A stretch of 64,000 bases of DNA from Deltaproteobacteria bacterium. GTDB taxonomy: Bacteria; Desulfobacterota; Desulfomonilia; UBA1062. The DNA lies in assembly GCA_015486075.1 (NCBI GenBank), contig WFSG01000032.1, positions 106,862 through 170,861 on the forward strand. Reading direction: 5' to 3'. Both the position numbers and the translations under genes were made by a program. A model generated the notes under the pieces. The model made no database searches. It was not told the origin of the DNA and saw only the letters and a list, made by a program, of their open reading frames with translations. Positions 18,586 through 28,269 of this stretch are shown one piece after another (position 1 is the first letter of the stretch; each line of letters begins with the position of its first letter).

Positions 18586-21198
18586 ATGAAAAAGCATTTT
18601 TTCATGACTAATGTAAGGTTATCAATCTGGCTTGCAACAGTGGCTGTTATAGCCCTGATAGTTCTTTTAGCCATGACCATAAACTACGCTAGAGAGAAGG
18701 CCGTGGTAAGGCAGTTTGGCTTGCAACAACAAACCATTGCGTTCGAGATAACCAAGGGTATCGAAAACCTCATAACCAGTGTAAAAAGGAACATGCTTAT
18801 TATATCCGAGCTTCCTCCTAGGCTAGGTAATAGCAATAAAGAGAAATGTAAAATTATTGAATCCGTTTATAGGCATCTCGGGACAAACGTAGGTATTATT
18901 GGTTTCTTGGATTATAAGGGTAGGTTTATATGTGGGTCCCCTCCATTAAGAGGAAAAGAGTTCAAGGGGATTAATTTTTGGGATACCGTGTTATACAAGG
19001 AGAAGAGTGCTACGAGGAAGCCTGTCATTGAGCATGTTTATTCGCACTTGTTGGTAGGTCCTGAAGACAGATCAGGGTCAATACTAATTACAGTACCTGA
19101 CTTTGATACATCTGGAGGATTGCTAGGGACTATCTTTGCCTACATGCCACTTAGCATGATTGTTGATCAGTACGTAAAGACAGCTATTGTTAATCCCAGG
19201 AGTAGTTTCTTGATAGCAGATGAAAATGCTAATGTAGCCGCAAGCTCAGTTACGTGGTGGATAGGAAGGAATGCTAGGTCTATTTTCTTCGGTACTGAGC
19301 ATGGAAAACACCTAGAGGGCAAGGCACTGTTTAAAAAGGAGGGTTACAGCGAGTTTGTATTGAATGATTCCAAGGTGGTGACAAAGAAGGTTGTGGTTGC
19401 CTATTCCCCCCTTTATATTGGAGATAAGGCATGGACTCTGGCAATAGTCACTCCGTACTACGTAGTAGTATCCATGATAAGGGGAACATTTCTTTACATT
19501 GTTGTTGGTACATTAAGCTTAGTCATATTGGTTACTATTACTGGTATGTCTATTGCCTCCTCAGCTGCAAAGAGGCTACGTATGGAAGAAGAACTCAAGA
19601 GACTCAAAGAAAGGGATACTTGGCAGAGGAGGATACTCAGGGAAAAGAGGACAGTAGAGGGTATCATAGAGGGATCTCCTGTACCAACATTCGTTGTGAA
19701 CAAGGATCACAAGGTGGTCTTTTGGAATAAGGCATGTGCTGAACTTACCGGTTATGCCAGAGAGAAAATGATTGGTACAGACGAACAATGGCGACCCTTC
19801 TACGGGGAGAAACGCCCGGTTATAGCGGATATTATAATTGATAACGAGCCAGATGTACTTGCCAAGTACTATGCTGTCAAGGGAATCAAAAAGTCAGCCA
19901 CTGTAAAGGGTGCATATGAAGCAAGGGATTTCTTCAAAAATCTTGGTGGTAAGGATAGACACTTGTACTTTCTTGCGGCCCCTATATACGACGAGAATGG
20001 CAAGATCATGTATGCCATAGAGACATTGATGGATGTTACCAGGGAAGTCGAGATGGCGCGTAGTCTAAAGGAAAATGCAGAGATATTACAAAACGAGTTG
20101 AATGAAAACATAAGGCTCAGAAAGGAAAAAGAAAACCTGTATAATTATCTCCAGACAATAGTGGAGAGTCTACCTGACAAGATATTTGAGATCAGTCCAG
20201 AAGGAATAATCAGCTATGTAAACAAGGAAACCATAGGAGAGGGAAGAACCGAATCTAGTAAGATGAAGGGTAAACATTTCACCGAGTTTGTAGACCCTGA
20301 ACACAAGGAGTTTGTATTAAAGAAATGGGAGGATGCCAAGAAAGGTATCTTTATGCCCTATGAGCTCAAGGTAACGGCAAGAGACGGAAGCAAGAGGGAT
20401 TTATTGATAACCCCTAGGCCTGTAAAGGGTACGAACCGTTACCTGTTAGTGCAGAGAGATATTACAGAGTTAAAGAAGCTTGAAAACAAGTACTACGAAA
20501 GCAAGCATCTAGCAGCTCTTGGGCAGCTTTCGGCAGGCATTGCCCACGAGGTAAGGAACCCACTCTCCTCCATCAAGATGAGCCTGAGGATACTGCAGAA
20601 GAGACTTAATCCGGTGGGAAACGATCTAAAAAGGTTCGAGATAGCCCAGAGAGAGGTAGAACACCTTGAAAGGCTGGTCAACGATGTGCTTATTTTTGCA
20701 AGGCCATCGGAGCCCAAGAAGAAGCCGTCTGACATAGTCAATATCCTGGAGCAGGCGCTCTCAATGGTAGAACAGCCTATAGTGGATAAGGGTATAAAGG
20801 TTGAAAAGGTACTTGACAAGGCCATAGGTGCTGTGAACGTGGATCCAGTGATGTTGGAGCGTGCGTTTATAAACATATACCAGAATTCAATAGATGCAAT
20901 GGATCAGGGAGGTGTGCTTACCATAACAGCCAGCAGATTAACCGATGATGGGGACTATGTGGTAATCGAGGTCAAGGATAATGGTTGCGGAATAGATAAT
21001 AAGGACATGCCGTATTTATTTAATCCATTTTTCACAAGAAAGAGATACGGAACAGGCCTGGGGCTTTCCCAGGTTCAGAGGATTGTGGAACAACACGGTG
21101 GTAAGATAGAAGTATTAAGTAAGAAGGGAAGGGGTACGAGGTTTATAGTAACGCTGCCCTTAGGTACTACTAACAAGGGAAAAGCTACTGCCACTTAA
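18586..21198 (+). CDS. Sensor histidine kinase (TM-Cache-TM-PAS-PAS-HisKA-HATPase)
   Basis: AHEVRNPL H-box, NIYQNSIDA, DNGCGI, FNPFFT and GTGLGL; PAS motif FWNKACAELTGY. Confidence 0.95.
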   Translation: MKKHFFMTNVRLSIWLATVAVIALIVLLAMTINYAREKAVVRQFGLQQQTIAFEITKGIENLITSVKRNMLIISELPPRLGNSNKEKCKIIESVYRHLGTNVGIIGFLDYKGRFICGSPPLRGKEFKGINFWDTVLYKEKSATRKPVIEHVYSHLLVGPEDRSGSILITVPDFDTSGGLLGTIFAYMPLSMIVDQYVKTAIVNPRSSFLIADENANVAASSVTWWIGRNARSIFFGTEHGKHLEGKALFKKEGYSEFVLNDSKVVTKKVVVAYSPLYIGDKAWTLAIVTPYYVVVSMIRGTFLYIVVGTLSLVILVTITGMSIASSAAKRLRMEEELKRLKERDTWQRRILREKRTVEGIIEGSPVPTFVVNKDHKVVFWNKACAELTGYAREKMIGTDEQWRPFYGEKRPVIADIIIDNEPDVLAKYYAVKGIKKSATVKGAYEARDFFKNLGGKDRHLYFLAAPIYDENGKIMYAIETLMDVTREVEMARSLKENAEILQNELNENIRLRKEKENLYNYLQTIVESLPDKIFEISPEGIISYVNKETIGEGRTESSKMKGKHFTEFVDPEHKEFVLKKWEDAKKGIFMPYELKVTARDGSKRDLLITPRPVKGTNRYLLVQRDITELKKLENKYYESKHLAALGQLSAGIAHEVRNPLSSIKMSLRILQKRLNPVGNDLKRFEIAQREVEHLERLVNDVLIFARPSEPKKKPSDIVNILEQALSMVEQPIVDKGIKVEKVLDKAIGAVNVDPVMLERAFINIYQNSIDAMDQGGVLTITASRLTDDGDYVVIEVKDNGCGIDNKDMPYLFNPFFTRKRYGTGLGLSQVQRIVEQHGGKIEVLSKKGRGTRFIVTLPLGTTNKGKATAT

Positions 21199-21244
21199 GA
21201 GAAAGACAAAGTATTCGGTTTCTCGCGTAAAGAGGATATATTTC

Positions 21245-22621
21245 ATGTCAAGGATCCTTGTTATTGATGATGACCGGTCCATATGTGAGACATTAGAGCT
21301 TTACCTGGAAGAGGAGGGTTATGATGTCCAGACAGCTTTGACCGGTACTGAGGGCCTGAGAAAATTCGTGGAGATTAGTCCAGACCTCGTGATTTTGGAC
21401 ATAAGGCTTCCTGATGTGGATGGTTTCAGGATACTGGAAGATTTGAAAGAGGAGGACGAGAACGTCAAGGTGATAATGATAACCGCTCACCATGACATGG
21501 CCTCTACGATAAGGGCCATGAAAGAGGGTGCGTTTGATTACATACACAAACCAATCGATATTGATGAACTTGAGATTGCCATTAAAAAAGCGCTGAAGGC
21601 ATTGGATATGGAGAGAAAAATAGATGGCCTGCTAGGGGAGCCATTTCGCGATTTCAAGATGGGCGATATCATAGGTAGCGGCCCAAAGATGAACGAGATA
21701 TTCAAGACAATTGGTGTGGTATCACAGGGCAGGGCCACTGTCCTCATACAGGGAGAAAGCGGTACAGGCAAGGAATTGATCGCAAAGGTCATACATAGTA
21801 ATACTACTAGGGACGAGCCTTTTATAGCTGTCAATTGTTCGGCCATTGTCGAGACATTACTAGAGTCAGAGCTCTTTGGCCATGAAAAGGGCGCATTCAC
21901 AGGTGCAGTGGCAAGGAAACCAGGCAAGTTTGAACTTGCACGTTATGGTACAATCTTTCTCGATGAGATAAGCGAGATGTCGTTAAACCTGCAGGCTAAA
22001 CTTTTAAGAGTTTTGCAGGAAAGAGAATTCGAAAGGGTCGGTGGAAAAGACAGAATAAAGGTCAATGCCAGAGTAATAGCCGCCACGAACAAGGACCTCT
22101 GGGAGCTTGTGAAGCAGGGTAAATTTAGGGACGATCTATACTACCGCCTGAACATAGTAACCATAAACATACCACCCTTAAGAGAAAGGAAGGAGGATAT
22201 TCCTCTGCTTGTTGACTATCTTCTTAAGAAGATAAACCATGACCTACATAAAAACATCGTAGGTGTATCTGACGAGATGATGGAAACCTTCTATAAGTAC
22301 AACTGGCCTGGGAACGTGCGAGAACTGGAGAACCTTCTTGTAAGGGCATCTGTTCTTGCAAGGGGCCATATACTAGGTCGGGAAGACTTTCCAGAACTCA
22401 CTAGTCCCCCAGTGACAGCAGGAAAAGTTGAAACTAAGGATGAAGCCCGCGATGAGTACGGAAGGTTCCTTACACTTGAAGAGGTAGAAGAAAGACACAT
22501 AAGAAGGATAATTAACGAGACCAAGAAGAACAAAGGAGAGATTTGCGAGATATTAGGTATATCACGCCCAACGTTCGAAAGAAAGCTCGAAAAATACGGT
22601 ATAAAGTTTGAAAGAGATTAG
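21245..22621 (+). CDS. Sigma54-dependent response regulator (AtoC/ZraR-like)
   Basis: VIDDD, LDIRLP, GESGTGKE, ESELFGHEKGAFTGA, WPGNVREL and HTH (LGISRPT). Confidence 0.95.
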   Translation: MSRILVIDDDRSICETLELYLEEEGYDVQTALTGTEGLRKFVEISPDLVILDIRLPDVDGFRILEDLKEEDENVKVIMITAHHDMASTIRAMKEGAFDYIHKPIDIDELEIAIKKALKALDMERKIDGLLGEPFRDFKMGDIIGSGPKMNEIFKTIGVVSQGRATVLIQGESGTGKELIAKVIHSNTTRDEPFIAVNCSAIVETLLESELFGHEKGAFTGAVARKPGKFELARYGTIFLDEISEMSLNLQAKLLRVLQEREFERVGGKDRIKVNARVIAATNKDLWELVKQGKFRDDLYYRLNIVTINIPPLRERKEDIPLLVDYLLKKINHDLHKNIVGVSDEMMETFYKYNWPGNVRELENLLVRASVLARGHILGREDFPELTSPPVTAGKVETKDEARDEYGRFLTLEEVEERHIRRIINETKKNKGEICEILGISRPTFERKLEKYGIKFERD

Positions 22622-22817
22622 TTAAGAACATTGACGATGAGCGCCTGAAAGACAGTTTTTTAAGTAGCGTACTTCTGCCTTGATGAGAATGAAGATATAA
22701 TTTAACATTTCATTCAACATTTTATTAAAGACTATTAACATTTCTTTTAAAAATCTTATTTATTTTGATCTAGGCCGGGTTATCCTATCTAGGATCCTTT
22801 GCCAATAATACCTTTCA

Positions 22818-22874
22818 AAACAATTAGTTATAAATATTATCCTTGCTTTGTGCAAATGTGGCACGGTTATTTCA
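22818..22874 (+). promoter_or_regulatory. Putative sigma54 promoter (22859-22874) with IHF-like site (22818-22830)
   Basis: TGGCAC-GGTTA-TTTCA has a perfect -24 and a variant -12 (TTTC). AAACAA-TTAG-TTA has one mismatch to the IHF consensus. Confidence 0.55.
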
Positions 22875-22914
22875 TTACTATGGGTGAAGGTAAGAGAAAA
22901 AGGAGGTAAAGGTC

Positions 22915-23190
22915 ATGAAAAGAATATTCCAGACATTGTTACTTACCGCTTTTGTGTTACTGACCACAGTATCTTTTGGCTATGCCGAATACATGGCAAC
23001 GAATGCGGCTAATTTCCCCTATTTTCACCTCGGTTGCCTAATAATGGGTGGTCTAATCATAACCTCTTTAAAATACAGATATCCCAAGATGTATCTGAGT
23101 GAGGCAATTGGTTCCTTTGCTCTTTATGCAATACTCGTGGCCATATTCACTGCACCGGTAATTGACGCGATAAAGTCACTGGTCAGCTAA
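22915..23190 (+). CDS. Hypothetical small membrane protein (signal/leader + 2 TM), 91 aa
   Basis: Strong AAGGAGGT SD, leader ending GYA-E, and two hydrophobic helices around KYRYPK. Confidence 0.8.
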   Translation: MKRIFQTLLLTAFVLLTTVSFGYAEYMATNAANFPYFHLGCLIMGGLIITSLKYRYPKMYLSEAIGSFALYAILVAIFTAPVIDAIKSLVS

Positions 23191-23207
23191 TCGTAGTGTG
23201 GTACAGG

Positions 23208-23234
23208 TAGGGGGCGGTCGTGGGCTGCCCCCTA
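23208..23234 (+). other. GC-rich intercistronic stem-loop without U-tract
   Basis: TAGGGGGCGGTC-GTG-GGCTGCCCCCTA forms 12 bp including two G-U pairs. Confidence 0.7.
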
Positions 23235-23268
23235 AAGATCCTTTAAGAGAAATAAGGAGGTGCACATC

Positions 23269-23505
23269 ATGACAGGCACTGGGAATAAGGCGCATGGAAA
23301 GCACAACAATATGCAGATCTTAATGATTAGTGCATGGGGCTTCACCATGGTAATATCTTCTTTCCTGTTTCTGTTCATAGGCCACTGGATTGATAACAAG
23401 TTCAACACAGAACCTAAGTTTATGACTGGCTTACTGGCCTTGGCTGTGTTTCTGTGTATCTGGAGATTATACGAAGAGGCCATAAAGAAGAGCAAGAAGT
23501 GCTAG
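23269..23505 (+). CDS. AtpZ/AtpI family protein (ATPase gene 1 / AtpQ-like)
   Basis: GFTMVISSFLFLFIGHWIDNKFNTEPKF fits the family GxWxDxxxxTxP pattern; ATG 23269 follows AAGGAGGT. Confidence 0.8.
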   Translation: MTGTGNKAHGKHNNMQILMISAWGFTMVISSFLFLFIGHWIDNKFNTEPKFMTGLLALAVFLCIWRLYEEAIKKSKKC

Positions 23506-23857
23506 GAACTAGAAGTTCAGGTAGGTTAAATGGTAGGTTTATTGGGGTGCATGGCCAAAGATAAAGGTCTTAACGTATAAGTTACTGATTGTACAAAAGT
23601 ATAAAAAACCTTCCCTGCGTGGATGCTACACTAATTTAGTCATAGTTAACCTAGAAATTAGTCTTTCTTCATTCAAGAATCTATGCATTGGGTTGAATGT
23701 TGTTTTGTATTGTTGCGTTTTTCTTTGATACATAGTGTATTACAAATAATTGGTATCTAAATGCATTCGATTTATCTTGTTTTGATAAATTTACCTGTTG
23801 ACAACTATACTCTCAGGTGAAAAATCATCTTGATCTAAGGAACGCTAGAGGTGGTAC

Positions 23858-25522
23858 ATGAAGTCAAGGATCGAGAAACTGTTGAAGTTAGCCGTTAATG
23901 AGCTTGCAGGTAGGGACGTACTTTCAGACCCAGGGATGGTAGATATTCTGGTGGAAAAACCTTCTAAGAAGGAATTCGGTGATTTTACAACCAATGTGGC
24001 CATGCTTATAGCTTCTGCAGAAGGTAAGCCACCCAGGGATATCGCGTCCATGATAGTCAATACAATAAGAGATAGTCATGTTGATATATTCTCAAGCGTA
24101 GAGATTGCCGGTCCTGGGTTCATAAATTTCAGGGTTAGTCCTGCATACTGGGTAGGGGTACTTAAAGATATATTGAATAATAAAGACGACTACGGGAAGA
24201 GTGCCTATGGTAAGGGTAAGAGGGTACAGATAGAGTTTGTAAGTGCTAACCCAACAGGGCCGTTACATGTGGGACATGGTAGGGGCGCTGCTGTTGGAGA
24301 TACACTGGCAAACATACTTAAGGCAACAGGTTTTCATGTTGAGACAGAGTATTACATAAATGACGTTGGCAACCAGATGAACACTCTAGGTCGATCTGTT
24401 TTTGCTAGGTATCTTGAGCTTCTTGGGAGGAAGTTAGATTTTCCTGAAGACGGGTACCAGGGGGATTACATAAAGGATATTGCCGAGGAAATAAGGAAAA
24501 GGTATCACGATGACTTGTTGCATTATTCAACAGATGAAGCTGTAGCACTGTGCAGGGACTTTGCTTCTGATGTTATACTAGAAGGAATAAAGGAAGATCT
24601 GGATTTGTTCGGCATAAAATTCGACAGGTGGTTCAGCGAGAAAGTCCTACATGAGGATGGTAAGATACAACAGGCCATTGACACCCTTGCGTCAAGGGAT
24701 CTTGTTTATAACTCAGATGGTGCCCTGTGGTTCAGGTCAAGCAGGTTTGGAGACGAAAAGGACAGGGTTGTAAGAAAGAGGGATGGCACCCTTACCTATT
24801 TTGCATCTGACATCGCATATCACATGGACAAGCTGGCAAGGGGTTATGATACGATTATAGATATATGGGGTGCAGATCATCATGGATATGTTTCAAGGAT
24901 GAGGGCAGCTGTGAAAGCCCTCGGCGGAAGTGAACGGAGCTTCCATGCCCTTTTGATACAGCTCGTATCCCTTGAAAGGGCAGGCAGGCCTGTGTACATG
25001 TCAACGCGGAAGGGTGAGTTCGTTACCTTGAGGGAGATCTTAGATGAGGTGGGAAAGGATGCTGCACGTTATTTTTTCCTAATGCGTAAATGTGATAGCC
25101 ACCTCGTGTTTGATCTGGAACTTGCAAAGAAGAAGACAGAAGAGAACCCGGTGTTCTACATACAGTACGCGCATGCAAGGATATGCTCGATTCTAAGAAA
25201 GGCATCTGAGATGGGCATGGTACCCGATGTAGATGGCGCTGACCTGGATTATGTCTCCAAGGGAGACGACCTTGAGCTTATCAAAGTCCTGGCAGGCTAT
25301 CCCTCGCTTCTTGTCTCGTGTGCACGTAGCATGGAACCCCATCATGTGTCCTTTTACCTGCTGGAGCTTGCAGGTCTTTTTCATAGGTTTTATAATAAGA
25401 ACAAGGTGATATCGGATAACAAGGAACTCAGCCTGGCTCGACTTTGCCTGGTAGATGCAGTGAGACAGGTCCTGGTCAGCGGGTTGTCCATTATGGGCAT
25501 AGATGCCCCAGAGGTTATGTAA
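23858..25522 (+). CDS. argS: Arginyl-tRNA synthetase
   Basis: AGPGFINF, EFVSANPTGPLHVGHGRGA, WGADHHGY, MSTRKG and YIQYAHAR. Confidence 0.97.
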   Translation: MKSRIEKLLKLAVNELAGRDVLSDPGMVDILVEKPSKKEFGDFTTNVAMLIASAEGKPPRDIASMIVNTIRDSHVDIFSSVEIAGPGFINFRVSPAYWVGVLKDILNNKDDYGKSAYGKGKRVQIEFVSANPTGPLHVGHGRGAAVGDTLANILKATGFHVETEYYINDVGNQMNTLGRSVFARYLELLGRKLDFPEDGYQGDYIKDIAEEIRKRYHDDLLHYSTDEAVALCRDFASDVILEGIKEDLDLFGIKFDRWFSEKVLHEDGKIQQAIDTLASRDLVYNSDGALWFRSSRFGDEKDRVVRKRDGTLTYFASDIAYHMDKLARGYDTIIDIWGADHHGYVSRMRAAVKALGGSERSFHALLIQLVSLERAGRPVYMSTRKGEFVTLREILDEVGKDAARYFFLMRKCDSHLVFDLELAKKKTEENPVFYIQYAHARICSILRKASEMGMVPDVDGADLDYVSKGDDLELIKVLAGYPSLLVSCARSMEPHHVSFYLLELAGLFHRFYNKNKVISDNKELSLARLCLVDAVRQVLVSGLSIMGIDAPEVM

Positions 25523-26069
25523 GGGCCATGCAGTGAAGAGAAAACGCAGGAGAAAGCCTTATAACCAGCCTGTTATCGTTAACCTATTTCTGTTTTTTCT
25601 CTCTGTTACAGCGCTCATAGGTGCAGCACTACTTTTTAATCATGCGCTAAATTCACCTGGAATACCCTTGAGGCTAGGTTCTTATGGCAAGGCCTCCGTG
25701 GGTGTGGATAAGGTTTTTGAGCACAATAAAGCTATTCGGAATGCTCCTCCTTCCAACAATGTATCTGACAAGGGAATAAGTAAAGCTGGCAAGTATGAAT
25801 ACAGCTTCTACGATATCCTTGCCCGGGAACACAAGTTCTCGTCTAGTAATAATTACTGTATACAGATAGCAGCTCTAAAGAACAGGACATCTGCAAGGGC
25901 CATTGTGAGGAGGCTAAAGAAAAAGCACTTGCATGCCACTATAAGGAAGCAAGGAGGATGGTATCTGGTACAATGGGGAAGTTTTCCCACGAGGAAGGCT
26001 GCCGAAAGGTATAAAAAGGAATTGTCTAAATTTCTAAAAAGAGAGTGCATCGTGGTAAGAATTTTATGA
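25503..26069 (+). CDS. SPOR domain membrane-anchored protein (FtsN-like); start may be GTG 25533
   Basis: TM segment, YSFYDIL, and a C-terminal YCIQIAAL...WYLVQWGSF SPOR domain; usual position after argS. Confidence 0.85.
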   Translation: MPQRLCKGHAVKRKRRRKPYNQPVIVNLFLFFLSVTALIGAALLFNHALNSPGIPLRLGSYGKASVGVDKVFEHNKAIRNAPPSNNVSDKGISKAGKYEYSFYDILAREHKFSSSNNYCIQIAALKNRTSARAIVRRLKKKHLHATIRKQGGWYLVQWGSFPTRKAAERYKKELSKFLKRECIVVRIL

Positions 26070-26175
26070 GATACTTTAATGCTGTGCTGCATTGTGGTCA
26101 GATAGCCAAGGCGAGGCTCCTACAACGATAAATCCTGGATCCACAAACATCTTTGTGCTAGATTGAATTAGCCCT

Positions 26176-27234
26176 ATGGACAAGTACAATGTAATCCATA
26201 TAGTTGGTGCCAGGCCACAGTTTATCAAGTTGTCCTCAGTACTAAGGGCATTTGACTCTAAGGACATACCGTGCAAGGTTATACACACTGGCCAGCACTA
26301 TGATTACGAGATGTCATCATTGATGTTCGAGGAGCTGGGGTTAAGGGATCCAGAATACAACCTGGGTATTGGTTCATCGACACATGGGAGACAGACAGCA
26401 GAGATGCTCTCGAGCATAGAGAATGTATTACTCAAGGAAAAGCCACCCGTGGTTATCGTGTATGGGGATACAAATTCCACCCTCGCTGGGTCACTTGCCT
26501 CTGTCAAGCTGAAAATACCGGTTGCACACGTTGAGGCTGGGCTCAGAAGTTTTGAGAGGTACATGCCAGAAGAGATAAACAGGGTACTCACCGATCATAT
26601 GTCTGAACACCTTTTTTGCCCCACTCTAAGGGCAGTAAAGCAGCTTGAGCTGGAGGGTCTAAAAGGTACTTTTACGGGCGATGTTATGGTGGATGCCATG
26701 AACATTTTTTCTGGGAAAAGTCCACCATGTCCTGTTGAGGGTGAGTTTGTACTTGTGACTATACACAGGCAGGAAAACACGGATAATAAGGATAGACTAG
26801 CCAAGATATTGGCAGGTATAGAGATGCTCTCGCACGAGCTAAAGGTTGTATTCCCGATACACCCCAGAACAAGGAAAGTCCTGGAAAACATGAAATTTTC
26901 TTTGCCAGAAGGCCTTTCATTGATCCATCCTGTGGGTTATTTGCACATGCTTTCTATGATAAGGGGAGCAATATGCGTTGTCACGGATTCAGGCGGGGTT
27001 CAGAAGGAGGCATTCATGCTAAAGACTCCATGCGTGACCGTGCGCAATAAAACAGAGTGGCCTGAGACAGTTGAAGCCGGATGGAATAGGCTTGTTGAAG
27101 CTGATGATGCCTCCATCTACGGTGCGGTGATGGACATGAAAAATATCCATCCGGGTCAAGGAGATGACATGCCCTTCGGCGACGGCAGGGCAAGTCACTA
27201 CATAGCACAGTACATCAAAGAACACTGCCTCTAA
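26176..27234 (+). CDS. wecB: UDP-N-acetylglucosamine 2-epimerase (non-hydrolysing)
   Basis: GARPQFIK, HTGQHYD, YGDTNST, HVEAGLRS, PEEINR and TDSGGVQKE. Confidence 0.95.
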   Translation: MDKYNVIHIVGARPQFIKLSSVLRAFDSKDIPCKVIHTGQHYDYEMSSLMFEELGLRDPEYNLGIGSSTHGRQTAEMLSSIENVLLKEKPPVVIVYGDTNSTLAGSLASVKLKIPVAHVEAGLRSFERYMPEEINRVLTDHMSEHLFCPTLRAVKQLELEGLKGTFTGDVMVDAMNIFSGKSPPCPVEGEFVLVTIHRQENTDNKDRLAKILAGIEMLSHELKVVFPIHPRTRKVLENMKFSLPEGLSLIHPVGYLHMLSMIRGAICVVTDSGGVQKEAFMLKTPCVTVRNKTEWPETVEAGWNRLVEADDASIYGAVMDMKNIHPGQGDDMPFGDGRASHYIAQYIKEHCL

Positions 27235-27300
27235 GTTTTTGTATCCTGGGCCTATTTGGTATGTACTCATGGGGTAATTTAGATAGTAAGGGGAGGTGTT

Positions 27301-28269
27301 ATGAAATGGACTGGTAAGCCAAGGTCAAAAAAGAAGGCCATTGATCCCAAGCAGATGTTACGGAGGGCTGAGAGAGAGGCAAGAAAGGGTAAAAAAGAGG
27401 ACGCACTATGCCTGTTCACCAATTTGGTGGATATCTACCTAGGACAGGGAGCGGGTCTTAAGGCAATTGCAGTAGCCAAGAGTGCAAGGAGCATTCTTGG
27501 ACCAGGACCCAAGACACAGGGAATGTTGATCAAGATATATTCCAATGTAGGTCTAAGGGGGGATGCCGAGAAAGAGTATAGGGAGTACTCGGGCCAAATG
27601 GCAAAGGATAACATCCCTGTTTTCTCTGGCATGGGCTACGGAGAATTTGCAGACTTTATGGACATAATGGAGATTATAAGAACCAAGAAAGGAAACCTTA
27701 TCATAAAACAAGGTCAATCTGGAGAGGATATCTACATAATAACCGAGGGCGAATTCGAGGTAATCAGGGATGGTAAAAGGGTTGGCATGCTCAAAGAAGG
27801 GGATTTATTCGGGGAGATAGGTTTTTTTCGCCACAGACTAAGAACTGCGTCGGTAAGGTCAGTTGATAGTGGCGAGGTGGTAAGGTTACCCTCCGATCAA
27901 TTGAGGGAACTGTGCGATAAGTACCCCCTTGTGGAACAAAGGTTGGAAGAACTTTACACAGAACGTGTTCTAAAGAAGGCAGGGGAAGATCTTATGCTTG
28001 GGCACTCACTTTCTAACTACCAGGTATCTCACCTTAGTATAAGGAAAGGTGATGAACTACCCAATTTTTCAGATGCCACTGTAACAGTAGTCAAGAAGGG
28101 CACGATAGAGATAAACTATGACAAAGGTGGCCTAAGCGTAAAGAGATACATGGGGCCGGGTAGCGTATTCAGGTTTCCTGGGATAAGGGCACAGGTTAAG
28201 GCAGCAAGCGATGTTGAGATTGTACAGGCCGAGATTACTTTTCTAGAAGACCCGAAAGATATGCCATAG
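27301..28269 (+). CDS. Cyclic nucleotide-binding domain protein with TPR-like N-terminus
   Basis: IIKQGQSGEDIYIITEG and GDLFGEIG...RTASV, plus a degenerate second CNB-like repeat. Confidence 0.85.
   Translation: MKWTGKPRSKKKAIDPKQMLRRAEREARKGKKEDALCLFTNLVDIYLGQGAGLKAIAVAKSARSILGPGPKTQGMLIKIYSNVGLRGDAEKEYREYSGQMAKDNIPVFSGMGYGEFADFMDIMEIIRTKKGNLIIKQGQSGEDIYIITEGEFEVIRDGKRVGMLKEGDLFGEIGFFRHRLRTASVRSVDSGEVVRLPSDQLRELCDKYPLVEQRLEELYTERVLKKAGEDLMLGHSLSNYQVSHLSIRKGDELPNFSDATVTVVKKGTIEINYDKGGLSVKRYMGPGSVFRFPGIRAQVKAASDVEIVQAEITFLEDPKDMP

Noticed and set aside
23506-23857. Remnants of atpB or other atp genes, or an RNA gene, after atpZ/I
   Set aside because: I found no recognisable reading frame or tRNA-like structure; it is an AT-rich spacer with the argS upstream region.
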